A stretch of DNA of 63,091 nt, the filler included, from Sphacelaria rigidula (Eukaryota), in the NCBI GenBank assembly GCA_964200075.2. It is 3 parts of 3 records of this genome, joined end to end, with 100 filler letters (N's around TTAATTAATTAA, not from the genome) between each part and the next. Parts side by side here need not be neighbours in the genome. Positions count along the whole stretch, not along the records: positions 1 to 21,000 come from CAXNAA020000475.1; positions 21,101 to 42,070 come from CAXNAA020000477.1; 1 more part is not named here. One strand, written 5' to 3'. Under the pieces are notes generated by a model. It did not search any database, had not been told where the DNA came from, and worked only from the letters and a program-made list of their open reading frames with translations. The translations under genes were made by a program, and so were the position numbers. Positions 13,240-24,300 of this stretch are shown in pieces. Every line of letters starts with the position of its first letter. Positions within the stretch are counted from its first letter, which is position 1.

Positions 13240-13800
13240 GTGCGCAAGTACGGTTCATTAACTGCTGCTGCACTAACTGGTGGACCAGTGTTGTAGTGGA
13301 GATCGAGATAGTACAACACTGGTAGTCGCAAGTGCACGCGTCATGTGACATATGTCGGACCTTGAGCGCGTTTGGTCTGCTGCCTTGAGGCAGACTGGGC
13401 GTTGTACCCTAATGTGTGCTTTGTGATAGTTAATTGGGATTTGATGGTGATGCTTGACGCCTGCTTTCATACTTGCCCTCGTCGTGTGGGGGACGAGAAG
13501 TTGAAGCAAGGTGATGTGCATGGTATTATCGTGTTACTGTCTCTGCCTTTTCGTGCATATATTGCGGCAGCTCTTGTTGCTTCCCAGTAGGCGTCGTCGT
13601 TCGATATGGAAGCACAGCACAGCGCTCGGCGTGTGGGGCTCGGACCACTGGTGGAAACGGTCTTGTCGGTTACTAAGTGTTCGACAGTCCAGTCAAGAAT
13701 CATGATTGATCGCGTGATCCGTGCGATGCGCGGTCGGTTTTTGCCTACAGGTTGGTTGCACGCTCATTAACCAAAATTCACTACACTAGTTAGCGAAGCC

Positions 13801-14430
13801 CCTCCGCAATACCTACCGAATATTTGCATGAATGATATCATACTGACCGCCATGGACAGCTGAAGAGGGTGACACAGCCAGATTTTTGTTGAAGATCATG
13901 AGGTTGACGCTTAGAGGGAAAAAGTACCTCGATCAATCGGCGACCTTCGAATTGTTCTGAAGCTTTCAAACACGAATTCCCAGACTATTTTTATTACCCA
14001 ATCTCTACATGCTTGAAATCATGGCAATCATCACCAGCACGACAATCTAACGAAAAAAACAGATTCGAAAACGGTTAGTATGGGATTAAGTTACACCCTA
14101 ATCCGTGGTATTCCGGTGATTTGTGACGTGTGATGTGTGATGTGTGATGTGGAGTTTTGGCGTCGTGGGATATCCGCTGGTAACAATATGACAATTTGCC
14201 TACAAGACCCAGTAGCTTTTCTGACAGTTTCCCTTGCATCTGTCGTAGAAAAGCTCAGATCACCCTCAAACTTGGCCATTGGATACGTATTGATGCTCCA
14301 AATGGGAAAATGTGTGGTTGAAAACTATCGACAAGGTTTCTTCGCTCTTGGCCGGCTTCCGAGGGCCCTGGGGTTGAGACCCGCCGGAGCCGGTACAGGA
14401 TCCTTCAGAGCAAATGAAAAGCCTAGTCGT
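13801..14430 (+). repeat. Dispersed repeat (degenerate TE), copy B
   Basis: Colinear match to 5262-5850. Confidence 0.7.
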
Positions 14431-14486
14431 CCCTGGGTAGTTGAAGAAACATTTGTACGAAGTTTTGTTGTCAGATCTAAAAAGGA

Positions 14487-14540
14487 ATGATGACGATGAT
14501 GATGATGATGATGGTAATGGTGATAGTGGTGATGATGATC
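14487..14540 (+). repeat. (GAT)n-rich microsatellite
   Basis: Visible gatgatgat run with variant units. Confidence 0.85.
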
Positions 14541-15293
14541 AAGGGGGGGGTCGTTTTCACGTCACGCATACCCGACAAAGACGAAGAGAAGGACAACGAC
14601 AAAGACGAAGACAAAGACAAAGACAAGGACCAAGATAAATAATGAGAAAAAAAGGCACTTCCATAGTAATTTCAACAAGTTATGAGGTACCGGGCACGGT
14701 ACAGTTCAGCGCACTCATCTGCAAAACCTCACGCCAGTTATCGGAGCTAGACTCTGAAAATTTCCGTGCATGTACTTTTCGATCAAATCGATAATTTTCG
14801 AGGACGGGTGTTTTTTTCATTTCACCAGTTTCGGGGGTCCCAGAACGCCATGTGATTTCCCCAATCCTCCAGAACCCTGGGACCCCCGGTAAACGGTGAG
14901 ACAAGAGTAAAACTGAGAATCCCCGTTGCCAAGATTTTTATATCATGACATGAAGTACATGTGTGCAAATTTTCGAATTTTCCGAGTCTAACCGCAAGAA
15001 CCAGCGTGAAGTTTCGCGGATGAATCCGCTTGGGAGGACGAACATGAGTCAACCTGTACTGTCCAAACCTTTGACCGCACATGCTAACTGTTTCGAGGTT
15101 TTATCCACCGACTGCCCTTGAAGTTGTACTACCTGGGGCAGCCTAGAAGTGGATTTGCCGGTTGGAGGCCCATTCTTGCCTCAATCTTGGAAGTTAGACT
15201 TTCAAATTTGGTTTGGAGATTGAGGAGGGCATATTATAATGGTGATAAAATAATGTATCCCGGAATGTGCAGTTTTTTTTTCGCAGGAGTTAA

Positions 15294-15391
15294 CCCTTAG
15301 ACCGTGAGGGTAGCCAATCTGGATCGTGCGTCCTTTGTTCGAATGAGGTTGGTCCCAATTCAACAGATGACCCATCCTCGCCTTCAAAGGG
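15294..15391. mobile_element. Tiny piggyBac-like MITE relic (98 bp)
   Basis: TTAA|CCCTT...AAGGG|TTAG boundaries and an imperfect ~28-bp TIR (cccttagaccgtgagggtagccaatctg vs reverse complement ccctttgaaggcgaggatgggtcatctg). Confidence 0.35.
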
Positions 15392-17141
15392 TTAGGGCAA
15401 GATCAGTGCGCAGTTTTCAATTAAATATCATGAAGCCATGAAATGAAAGAATGTTCACGTCCCGACATTTTTTCTATCATGCCCTGTCCATCCTCCATAC
15501 CAAATTTGGAAGTCCAACTCCCGAAGGGAGGTGAGAATGGGCGATTTGGAACCCAAACCGGTCGAAATTGGAGGCGTTGAATTTTATTCTTCCATGATGA
15601 GTTGAGGACGGCGTGGTAACGACTAGTTTTCACGAGAACGTCCTTGACCCGGAAAAGGCGAGAGTAGGTGGGTCATTTATCGAGATTACATCAATTTCAC
15701 TCGAAAAAAAGTATGGATGGTCTAATGACGATGGACTATCCTTGCGGTCTAGGGTTGACATTAACTCACCAATAAAATATATACTCTTGGTAAGCCACGG
15801 CTAACGCGCGTGGCAGTGCCGCACGTATCAACACCACGTACGTTTCCCGCACTCAGATAAGGACTTTCAACCCACGGGGTGGGGGGGGGGGGGTGTTGAA
15901 ACTTCGAGAAATGTCCGAATGTTTGACGACATTTCATCGACCACAGATGATGTTTATTCCTTTCTTCGGATACGCTCGATGTAGACAGCATGCTCGACAT
16001 ACAGAAACCTTGCGTGAAGGTAACAACTGCTTGAAGTTGGGCAGTAAGTGATATTCACTCGAAGTATGCATGGAAAGATCATCTGTTGAATTGGCATCAA
16101 TTTCGCTTGAAAAAAGTATGCAGTATTCAAATGCTGATCGTACTGTATCATATTACAGTGCACTACGAGCAGGGCCAGCTAATAGTGTCTCTGTCAGTAA
16201 TCGGGTGACGCGGTGCTTAATTTACGCGCTGAACGCTTTCAAGGGAAGGTCAAGTAGAGCATACTCAATACTGTTGAGGGTAGGAATGAAGGCCCTAACG
16301 ACCAAAAATCAGCACAAGGTTTAAAATAAGAAATAACGCGGAGTAATAATGAACACGTCAGTAGGTGGTCGGACCTGTCCCGAGGCTCTCACGAACAGAA
16401 CACACACTTCATCACTTATTCAGTTGGTTTGGTATGGGAAAGCTGTAGCACTGGAGATCGCGCGGTTCTCGACACAGGAAGCAAGCCGGCCCACAGCACT
16501 TGACAGCCCCCCGCATACACACAAGATCTAGGGGCTCACAATTACTATTTTGCTGGCGTCGCGAACAACCCCCTCCCAGAGCAGAAAACACCGTATTTTA
16601 GTATATTTAGGTCATTGGCGAGTCAGCATCACGCGTAAACGCTACAACCAAACGTTGCGACATAGCTTGGGTGTGTGGGAAGCGCACGCGAGAAACCGCA
16701 GTCTAATCCCTCGCTTCGTTGCCGAGTTGTAAGCGGTGCGGGATCGGCACTTTCGGGTTGAGGATCAGTAGCGTCTTTCGAGGTCGAAGATGGCAAATTC
16801 TGAAAAATCGGTGCGCATACTACTTTTCCTCCTACAAGCAAGTTGTGATAACATGCACTTGGGTTGCGTGCCCCCAGGCGCTGCTTTGTTCTGAGCGGCT
16901 GTGCAAAAAGGGCAAATTCGCCCTTCAACGGCGAGTACCCTTTGAAGCGTCGAATTACAGAGGGAGAGTTGACAGAAGGACAAAGCTGGCGGCTGCTTCA
17001 TGTCAGGGCTCCAGTGCGGAAGCCAAGGCGTCGAGAGTGATTTTAGTACGAGTATGTGCGTTACATCTGCTGGTGACCGCGGTCATGTATCTCGTAACTG
17101 TACGAGCTGGGCCAGCCTAGAGGCTGCATGAAAGTTTGCAT

Positions 17142-17416
17142 GCGGATGCGCCGGGCAATATTTGGAGTTAGACCCTGAAATTCGGTATGGATAATGCACA
17201 GGGCATGATAAAAAATTGGGAAGAAGCACATGAAGGTTTTTGTTTGTTTTTCGTGAGTTGAGGGTGTTTTGCTGAAACTTGAAAACTGATTATTGCCCTT
17301 AACTCACGGGAACAAAAAAAACCTTCATGTGCTTCTTCCCAATTTTTTATTATGCTCCATGCATTGTCCATACCAAATTTCAGGGTCCTACTCCAAATAT
17401 TACCCGGTGCATTCGC
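17142..17416. repeat. Long inverted repeat (foldback), ~120-bp arms with ~30-bp loop
   Basis: aatatttggagttagaccctgaaattcggtatgga...aaaaattgggaagaagcacatgaaggtttt is mirrored by aaaaccttcatgtgcttcttcccaatttttt...tccataccaaatttcagggtcctactccaaatatt. Confidence 0.85.
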
Positions 17417-18248
17417 CTTTGAGAATCGGATCGGTAGAAATTCGGAACAGTATTTGGCAGGCCACTCACCGGCCAACGTTTGGTTGTTGTGTATTGAAAT
17501 TTGTGTGGGCCCTCGTCAGCGCAAAATTAACAAAACTCAGTGATCCAGATTTTTTTTAAGTCATTTTTCCACTGGTTGAGGGCGTTTCGGTATAGTAAAG
17601 ACCATTTCTTCACGATAACGCCCTAACCTCCATGACAAGAAAAAAAAAATGAAGGCCCATTTTTTTTTCTATCCGGCACTCTTGTCTGGTCCTCCATGCT
17701 AACTTTTGGATCAAAATTCTAAAACTTGAGCTCAAACATTGAGACAATGCCTAACAGCGATGTACATTTCTCCTCAAAACTCCACTAAAAACACGAAAAA
17801 AAATGAAGAAAAAACTGAAAAAAAAGTTCAAGGGGTGACATGCTGTTTTTATTTATTTCTACTATGCAGTGGCGGTTCACCACACGAAATTTTATGGAAC
17901 AACCCTCAAAAACTGAGACGCGATATCCAGATTCAGGGCATCTAGTGCCTCTGCTCGTAATATATTTTAGCATAGAAACTTATGTGCGCCATATTTCGGG
18001 ATAGATAACGAATCAGGTGAAGGTGAAGGTATCTGTCGTCTCCCCTTGCCCCAGAGAATGTCTACACCGAAATTCGTTGTCATCCGCTAAATGCATCGAT
18101 CGGGGGTTCCATAGAGATTTCAGTATAGGCGCTATCTCCCTCAGGTAGAGGAAATACTAGACATGGGGTTTAGTCAACGAGAAAATATGGGCCCAAAATT
18201 ATAAGCAGATGGGCACCTTCCCCTTGATTGGACGATTAATACGATATG

Positions 18249-18258
18249 NNNNNNNNNN
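18249..18258. other. Assembly gap (10 N)
   Basis: Run of N. Confidence 0.95.
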
Positions 18259-19354
18259 AACTCGTCTGTGTCGATGAGATATTGCTTTTTGAGCTTAAAT
18301 CCGTTTGAAGGCTGGCACAGCTCGTATTTATCAATATCAGAATGAGATGTAAACTATGCAATGTTTGATAAGCTTCGTTTTTCACTTTGTGGCATGCCAC
18401 CAGGTGCTGCTGCTGCTTTGTTCTCTGTACGGCTGTGCATGAAGGGCAACTTCGCCTTTCAACAGCGAGTACCCTTCATGTATTGAGTTGCAGAGAGTGA
18501 GGTCACACATGAACTTCTGCTGTTGTGCCTGAGGGTTTCAGCGTAGAAGCCAAGGCGCCAAGAGTGATGTTGATTTCAGACTGCGCACCATGTATGCCTA
18601 GGTCGGCAGGGCCATGATGTTTCAAGTGACTGCCTGTACACATATTCGTACATACTGAAAATAGCGAGAAGATGACGTTGAAGATGTTGATCTGGACAGG
18701 GAAAACCACACCGTGCCCAAGCGGCTGATAAGATGGGATTGCTCCCACTCATGCCATGACCCTGACCCCATGGGGCCCATGAGAAATTCACTCTCCAATC
18801 CCGCAGCCATAGCTGTGTGTAGGACATGCAGTGCGTAGCCAATCCGCACAGCATGAACCACTTGATCGCCAACATCATCAGCATCGTTCTCAGTAGCTTT
18901 CTGATGCGCGACGCTGCTGCTCATGATATCCGAATTTCCGTACTTTGTCGTTCTAGCACTATGTCGGGCACGCGTTTCATTGCAGTTACGTTGATGTGTA
19001 GCGGCCACAACCTCTTTTTTTGTTATGTCGCAATGACGGTAAACGTGGGGTGGCAGCTCGCGGGCGTGTGCTTCCCGACTGGTATAGACAGAAGAAAGAA
19101 ACTATTAGCTAGTGCAACAAGATTGTCCATCTACTGATGTGGAGCGAGCTTTCCGGAGGAACAAAATCACCTCAACACCGACCACTCCCAGGCTTGAATA
19201 AATGTACTAGAAATAGAGTTCATGTTTTTTAGTCAAATTGTCATTTGTAGGTGACGCGTGTATTTTCCATTGATATGATTCGTTGGATTACGGACCACTT
19301 CTGACGCATGTAGCGTTCAGCTTGCACTTTCCATGAATATAGTACCCAAAATCG

Positions 19355-19745
19355 GCTACTCAGTATTTTCGAAAAGGCATACTTTGAGTACTCAAAATTT
19401 GAGTAGAGTATTTGACGCCGTACTCAACCTACTCACAATTTGAGTAAAGTGTTGAGGTCATACTCAAGTGATACTCTATACTCAAGTATTAGTGAGATGG
19501 CTTACTCAATGTTTGAGTAGAGTATTGGAGGTCGTACTCGATCTACTCAAAACCTGAGAGGAGTATTTGAGGCCGTACTGGACCTACTCAAAACTTGAGT
19601 GTAGTATTTGAGGTCATATTCAATCTACTCAAAACTTGAAGAGAGTACTTGAGGTCATACTCCATCTACCCAAAGTTTGAGTAGAGTATTTGAGGTCATG
19701 CCCAATCTACCAGAAAGTTGGGTAGATTATCTGAGGCCGGACCCG
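19355..19745 (+). repeat. 41-bp minisatellite array 1
   Basis: Unit tgagtagagtatttgaggtcrtactcratctactcaaaact recurs at 19514, 19555, 19596, 19637 and 19678 (period 41). Confidence 0.85.
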
Positions 19746-20126
19746 ATGTACCACCGCTGACTCTCCCATGGAGGAGTCACATGTGCGACCAGTAGAGTCG
19801 TTCATTTTGATGAAACCCACCCGACAAGCTGTCTAGTCGATTACTCAATGATGATGAGTAGCGCTCTGTACTGAAAGTGATATAGGAGGGGTTGAGAGGT
19901 ATCAAGTATGTACTGCCATGGGTGGAGCCAGGTGAGCTGGGTCAGGTCGGTTCACGCACCTGCACGTTTTTTTTTTTTTTGATGGCCATCATTCGCTCAT
20001 ACACCGATTGTAGCCTGATACGTACCGTCACTCATCTAATTGATGGCCATCGTTCGCCCATGTATTCAACGTAGTCTGTGAAGTGACGTCAAGAAGTCGC
20101 CGACGGTCACGGTTGCTCATCATACC

Positions 20127-20525
20127 CAAGTGATACTCTATACTCGAGTATTACTGAGAGTGCTTACTCAATACTTTGGAGTATTTGAGTCGAGTTTTTA
20201 CTTTGAGGCCGTACCCGATCTATCCAAAATCTGGGTACAGCCGTTGACGCCGTACTCAACCTACCCAACATTTGGGTACAGTATTCGAGGCCGAACCCGA
20301 AATGCCCAAAATGCAGGTATTGGTGAGAGTACTCACGCAATATTTGGGTGGAGTGTTTGAGGTCGTACCCAGTCTATCCAGAAATTTGGGTAGAGTATTT
20401 GACGCAGTATTCAATCTACCCAAACTTTTGGTGGGGTATTTATAGCCGTACGGAACCTACCCAAACCTTGGATAAAGTAAAGTGCCCGAGTATTTCACCC
20501 GAGTATTCAAAAATACGTACCCAAC
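20127..20525 (+). repeat. 41-bp minisatellite array 2 (diverged sister array)
   Basis: Same unit with many A>C and A>G variants. It starts with the same caagtgatactctatactc leader seen at 19466. Confidence 0.8.
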
Positions 20526-20544
20526 CCGACCTGCCCTTTGAGCA

Positions 20545-20870
20545 CTTGAAAAAATGTTCAACCCCAGAATGTCCGTGGTGTGGAATTGTATGTGGGGTCT
20601 GAATAGGGAGGGCGTCACCTTGACGCACGATTTCTACATGTCGAAGATGTAGCCTAAAATCAAGTGTATCCGAAGAAACGAAAAAATCGGAGAATGACCC
20701 ATTTGTGCAGGGTTTGAGGGTAAGTTTGAGGAGCACTTAAGAAAAAGATTCAACCCTGGAATGTGTCAAGTGTACGTGGCCTCCGGGTAGGGAGGGCGTC
20801 ACCTTAACGCACGAGTTCTCCATGTCAAGGATGTATTCTACAATCAGGTGTATCCGAAGAAACGAAGAAA
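20545..20870 (+). repeat. ~190-bp tandem duplication
   Basis: ttcaaccc...agggagggcgtcacctt...acgcacga...catgtc...gtgtatccgaagaaacgaa occurs twice (from about 20557 and 20749). Confidence 0.8.
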
Positions 20871-21000
20871 AGTGGGCTATGGTCCGTAAATGTCGTCGAA
20901 CAGTGTGGATACTTTTCGGGGGCTAACACCCCCCCCCCCCCACCCACCCCCCCACAGCACAAAACCGCCAGCACAATCCAGCAGGTAAGGGCCACTCACG

Positions 21001-21100
21001 NNNNNNNNNNNNNNNNNNNNNNNNNNNNNNNNNNNNNNNNNNNNTTAATTAATTAANNNNNNNNNNNNNNNNNNNNNNNNNNNNNNNNNNNNNNNNNNNN
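21001..21100. other. Artificial contig linker (44N-TTAATTAATTAA-44N)
   Basis: Palindromic six-frame-stop 12-mer centred in exactly 100 nt; identical to 42071-42170. Confidence 0.95.
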
Positions 21101-21308
21101 GAAGGATGTCTGACGAACTTAAGAGCCTCTTTTTTCGTGCAACCAAATACCCCCCCCCCTATCGTAGGATGACTCTACCGCGTAGCCAAGGAGGAACCGG
21201 ACTGCATCCATCAACAAAAAGGTTTAGCAGATTCAGGCAATTCAGCGATGACTAACGCCTTCCAGCGCTCGATGATCAACTTTCCCGGACTTCCAGTCAT
21301 TGTATCAC

Positions 21309-24300
21309 CTTGTCCGAGTGGAAGATGAGGTCCAGCTCGCAAACGTTCTCGAAGCACTTGTCCAGTGCTTCCACAAATACTGGCGAAGATGAGGGACCAC
21401 ATAACCACCGTCACATGACGTCACCGTCGTCGCAGGGAGAGGTTATGCGGAAAAAGAATCACCAAACGTTCAAAGCGACGAGAAATGACAAGGCGAGGGC
21501 GGAGAGGTAAATAGCGAACTATTGGCCATATCTCGAGACCAATGGGTGATAGCAGCGCTGCATTATATGGCACTACTAATTCATAGAATGGAGTTTCCAC
21601 CCGACAAGGTGGTCGAACGCGTGATACCTTCAGCACAAGAGAAGCAATTTTCCCAGGTCCACCTACTCTCACGCACCTTGAGTTCATGTCGAAAAAATCA
21701 TACCTATACACACGACTGCGTGCGCAATTGTAGTACCTCTTTCACACGTGAAATAATTAGTGTTTGGTAGGGAAACTCAAGAGCTCATCACACACACACA
21801 CACACACCAACTTGATGCAGATGGAATAAGAAATCTAACTCGGTGCGTTTCGCGCTCACCCTGCACAAGGTCCAGGATGCCGAGATCGCTCTCCTGGGAA
21901 TCTACGGCGAAAACGAAGTACAACGTCGCATAGTGACGGTATATGAGTTTTGTGCCCTCTCCCCACTCCGGAATGATGCCCTCCAAGTAATTGCAAAACG
22001 AGTCGGGTCGCTGCGCCACCTGCTGAAATATACGCTGTATCACGCTCTTCTGCGCTTCTTCGCCCACCTAGATGGATACCCACGTCAAATTGCGGTCAAT
22101 CGATGGGGAAGTTGATCGTAAGTAAAACGCGGCGGATAACGCATCACATGCGCCATGTGTGAGGAACCCATATAGGGATACCCGTATAGGGATGAGATAG
22201 TACGCCATACATGAGTGTCAACCGTACCTGGGGCCGCGACATGAAAAACGTAACCGTACGTAAGATAATGCTCTAGTCGTAAAGGGCCTCCTGTAACACA
22301 CTTGGTATACTCTACTGTCTCATTCATTACGCCAAGAGCGGGCGATGTACGGGTAAGCGATGATCGTGGGGGTGCACATGGGGGGGGGGGGGGGACCGGA
22401 GAGGGGGATGGGCAACTATGGAGCTTGGTGTCAAACATCACGGACGTAGCGCTGAATCCACTGTGCTGTATCGCTTGCGCCGGTGGGATTTCGATGAGGC
22501 TTAACTCGTCGGTCACCAGGCTCTCTCAAATAGATCCTAGGTGAAACACGGCACACAGGAGGTGTTTTTTTTTTCGCGACAACGCCTGGTACGAAGTATC
22601 GAGGAGCAAAATCGCGTCTGCATGGCGCAGAATACTCAAGCACCCCCGTTCTTTCACGCAATAACCGTCTTGTTGCGTGCTTTTTTTCTTGACTGACTGC
22701 AAAGGCACACACGCATAGAGCGCCGCTTGCATGTGCATTTGAACGCTGAGTGGTTCCACGACAGGGGTGCACAGTTCTTTTCTGAGGCTCTGCACTGTCA
22801 GAGCCTCTCGATGACGAACATCTGGATCATAGTGTGCAGCCTCAGAAAACGTTTGGACTACTGTATAAAGTGCTGCCTCTACTGTAGAATCACTCCGCTG
22901 CCACAGCCTCGTCGTAGTTAAACGATTGTATCTGTGTGTGCTGTCATGCTTGTGAACACTTCGGCGCTCATGCCTTTGTTGTGAGGTCTCTGGTGTTGTG
23001 AACACGCGATTGGCGCGGGCACTCAGTCTCAAGACAGGCAGCCATAAGTCCAACGACTACTGCTGAAATTGTGCCGCGTCATTTCACCCAGACTCGACTG
23101 TTGCACATGTGCAGTCTCTTAGCATCACCTACACGTTATTTACGCACGGGGTCATGACTGTGCACACAGCTGCGCGGCTACACCGACATCCGGCACCGCG
23201 ATAGGGCAACGTTCATGCAGAGATACGTCAAATCCGTTTGCTCGATTCGCGTGATACTTGGTGCAAAAGCTTTATCCATGCTTCAATCTGAAAGGGAGAG
23301 CATCACCTCATGGCATGTCTTGGTTTTATTAATAGTATGGTACGCGGTTCATCTCGATTTCAGGATGGTTCCCATATCCCGAACTCCCCCAACAAAACCC
23401 ACCCGCTTTCAGGTTGCACCGCGGGGCTGTCATCCGGAATGATCGCACCAAAGGAAGGCTTGGCGTCGGCGGGGTTACAGTTTGAGACAGCCGCCTACTC
23501 CAGACGCGGGTTCTGACCGCGGTACACTTCTCCGGATGACACGCCCGTCAGAAAGGGGATAAGATATGTGAAAGCTTTTGTGTACCGTATGGCAGAAATG
23601 CGATGAGCACCCAAATGTTGTAGGCGTCTCTATTAGCAGTAAGAACGGTGCTCCGTCTCAAAAGGGATGCGTGGTTAACGGTCGAATGATTAAGGCAAGC
23701 AACAGTTGAGTGCACCCATTGTCTTAGATGGGCAATGTACTCGTTGGCCTCTGCCCTCTGGCGGAAAAATGCAGATGCGGTTTGCATGCGAATGGTGAAA
23801 CAGGGCGCACACCCTGCGTTGCTGCGGTTTTTGTCTGTACTGACAGTTGTATCACTATGCCGTCCCCACTTGGTTGCACGAATGCAGATACAAGCGAATG
23901 TGTCGACGCGGGCTTTCGATGTCCCACACACCAAATCTGAAACCACGTATTAGCACAGCATCGTAGTTTCTGCTGCTGCGTATAAGGGCAAGGAGACATC
24001 TCCACGCATCCACGACTTTACAGCGAGGTGCAATTCAGTACAACACTGTGCAGTTTTTTTCAACTATTTCGTCTACGCAAAAACCATGCAACTTGTACAC
24101 ACCGAATTGTGTTGTAGGGTACGGAAGGGATGCAGCAGGTACTTTCCTTGATACTTTTCGTGTTGCGGTAGTTGCGCCGTACAGTTTTGCGCCGGCCATC
24201 AATATATTTTTAATACACTTCAAAGTGCCCCCGTTAATATGTAGATGATAAGTACACCAATGACGTGATATCTGCCTCAAATGCAACCCACAGCAAAAAT

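Noticed and set aside
19355..20525. CRISPR-like appearance of ~41-bp palindromic repeats
   Set aside because: Units are contiguous with no unique spacers, there are no cas genes, and the context is eukaryotic. It is a minisatellite.
21045..21056. TTAATTAATTAA as a biological motif or piggyBac site
   Set aside because: Centred in N-runs and repeated identically at 42115, so it is a synthetic linker.
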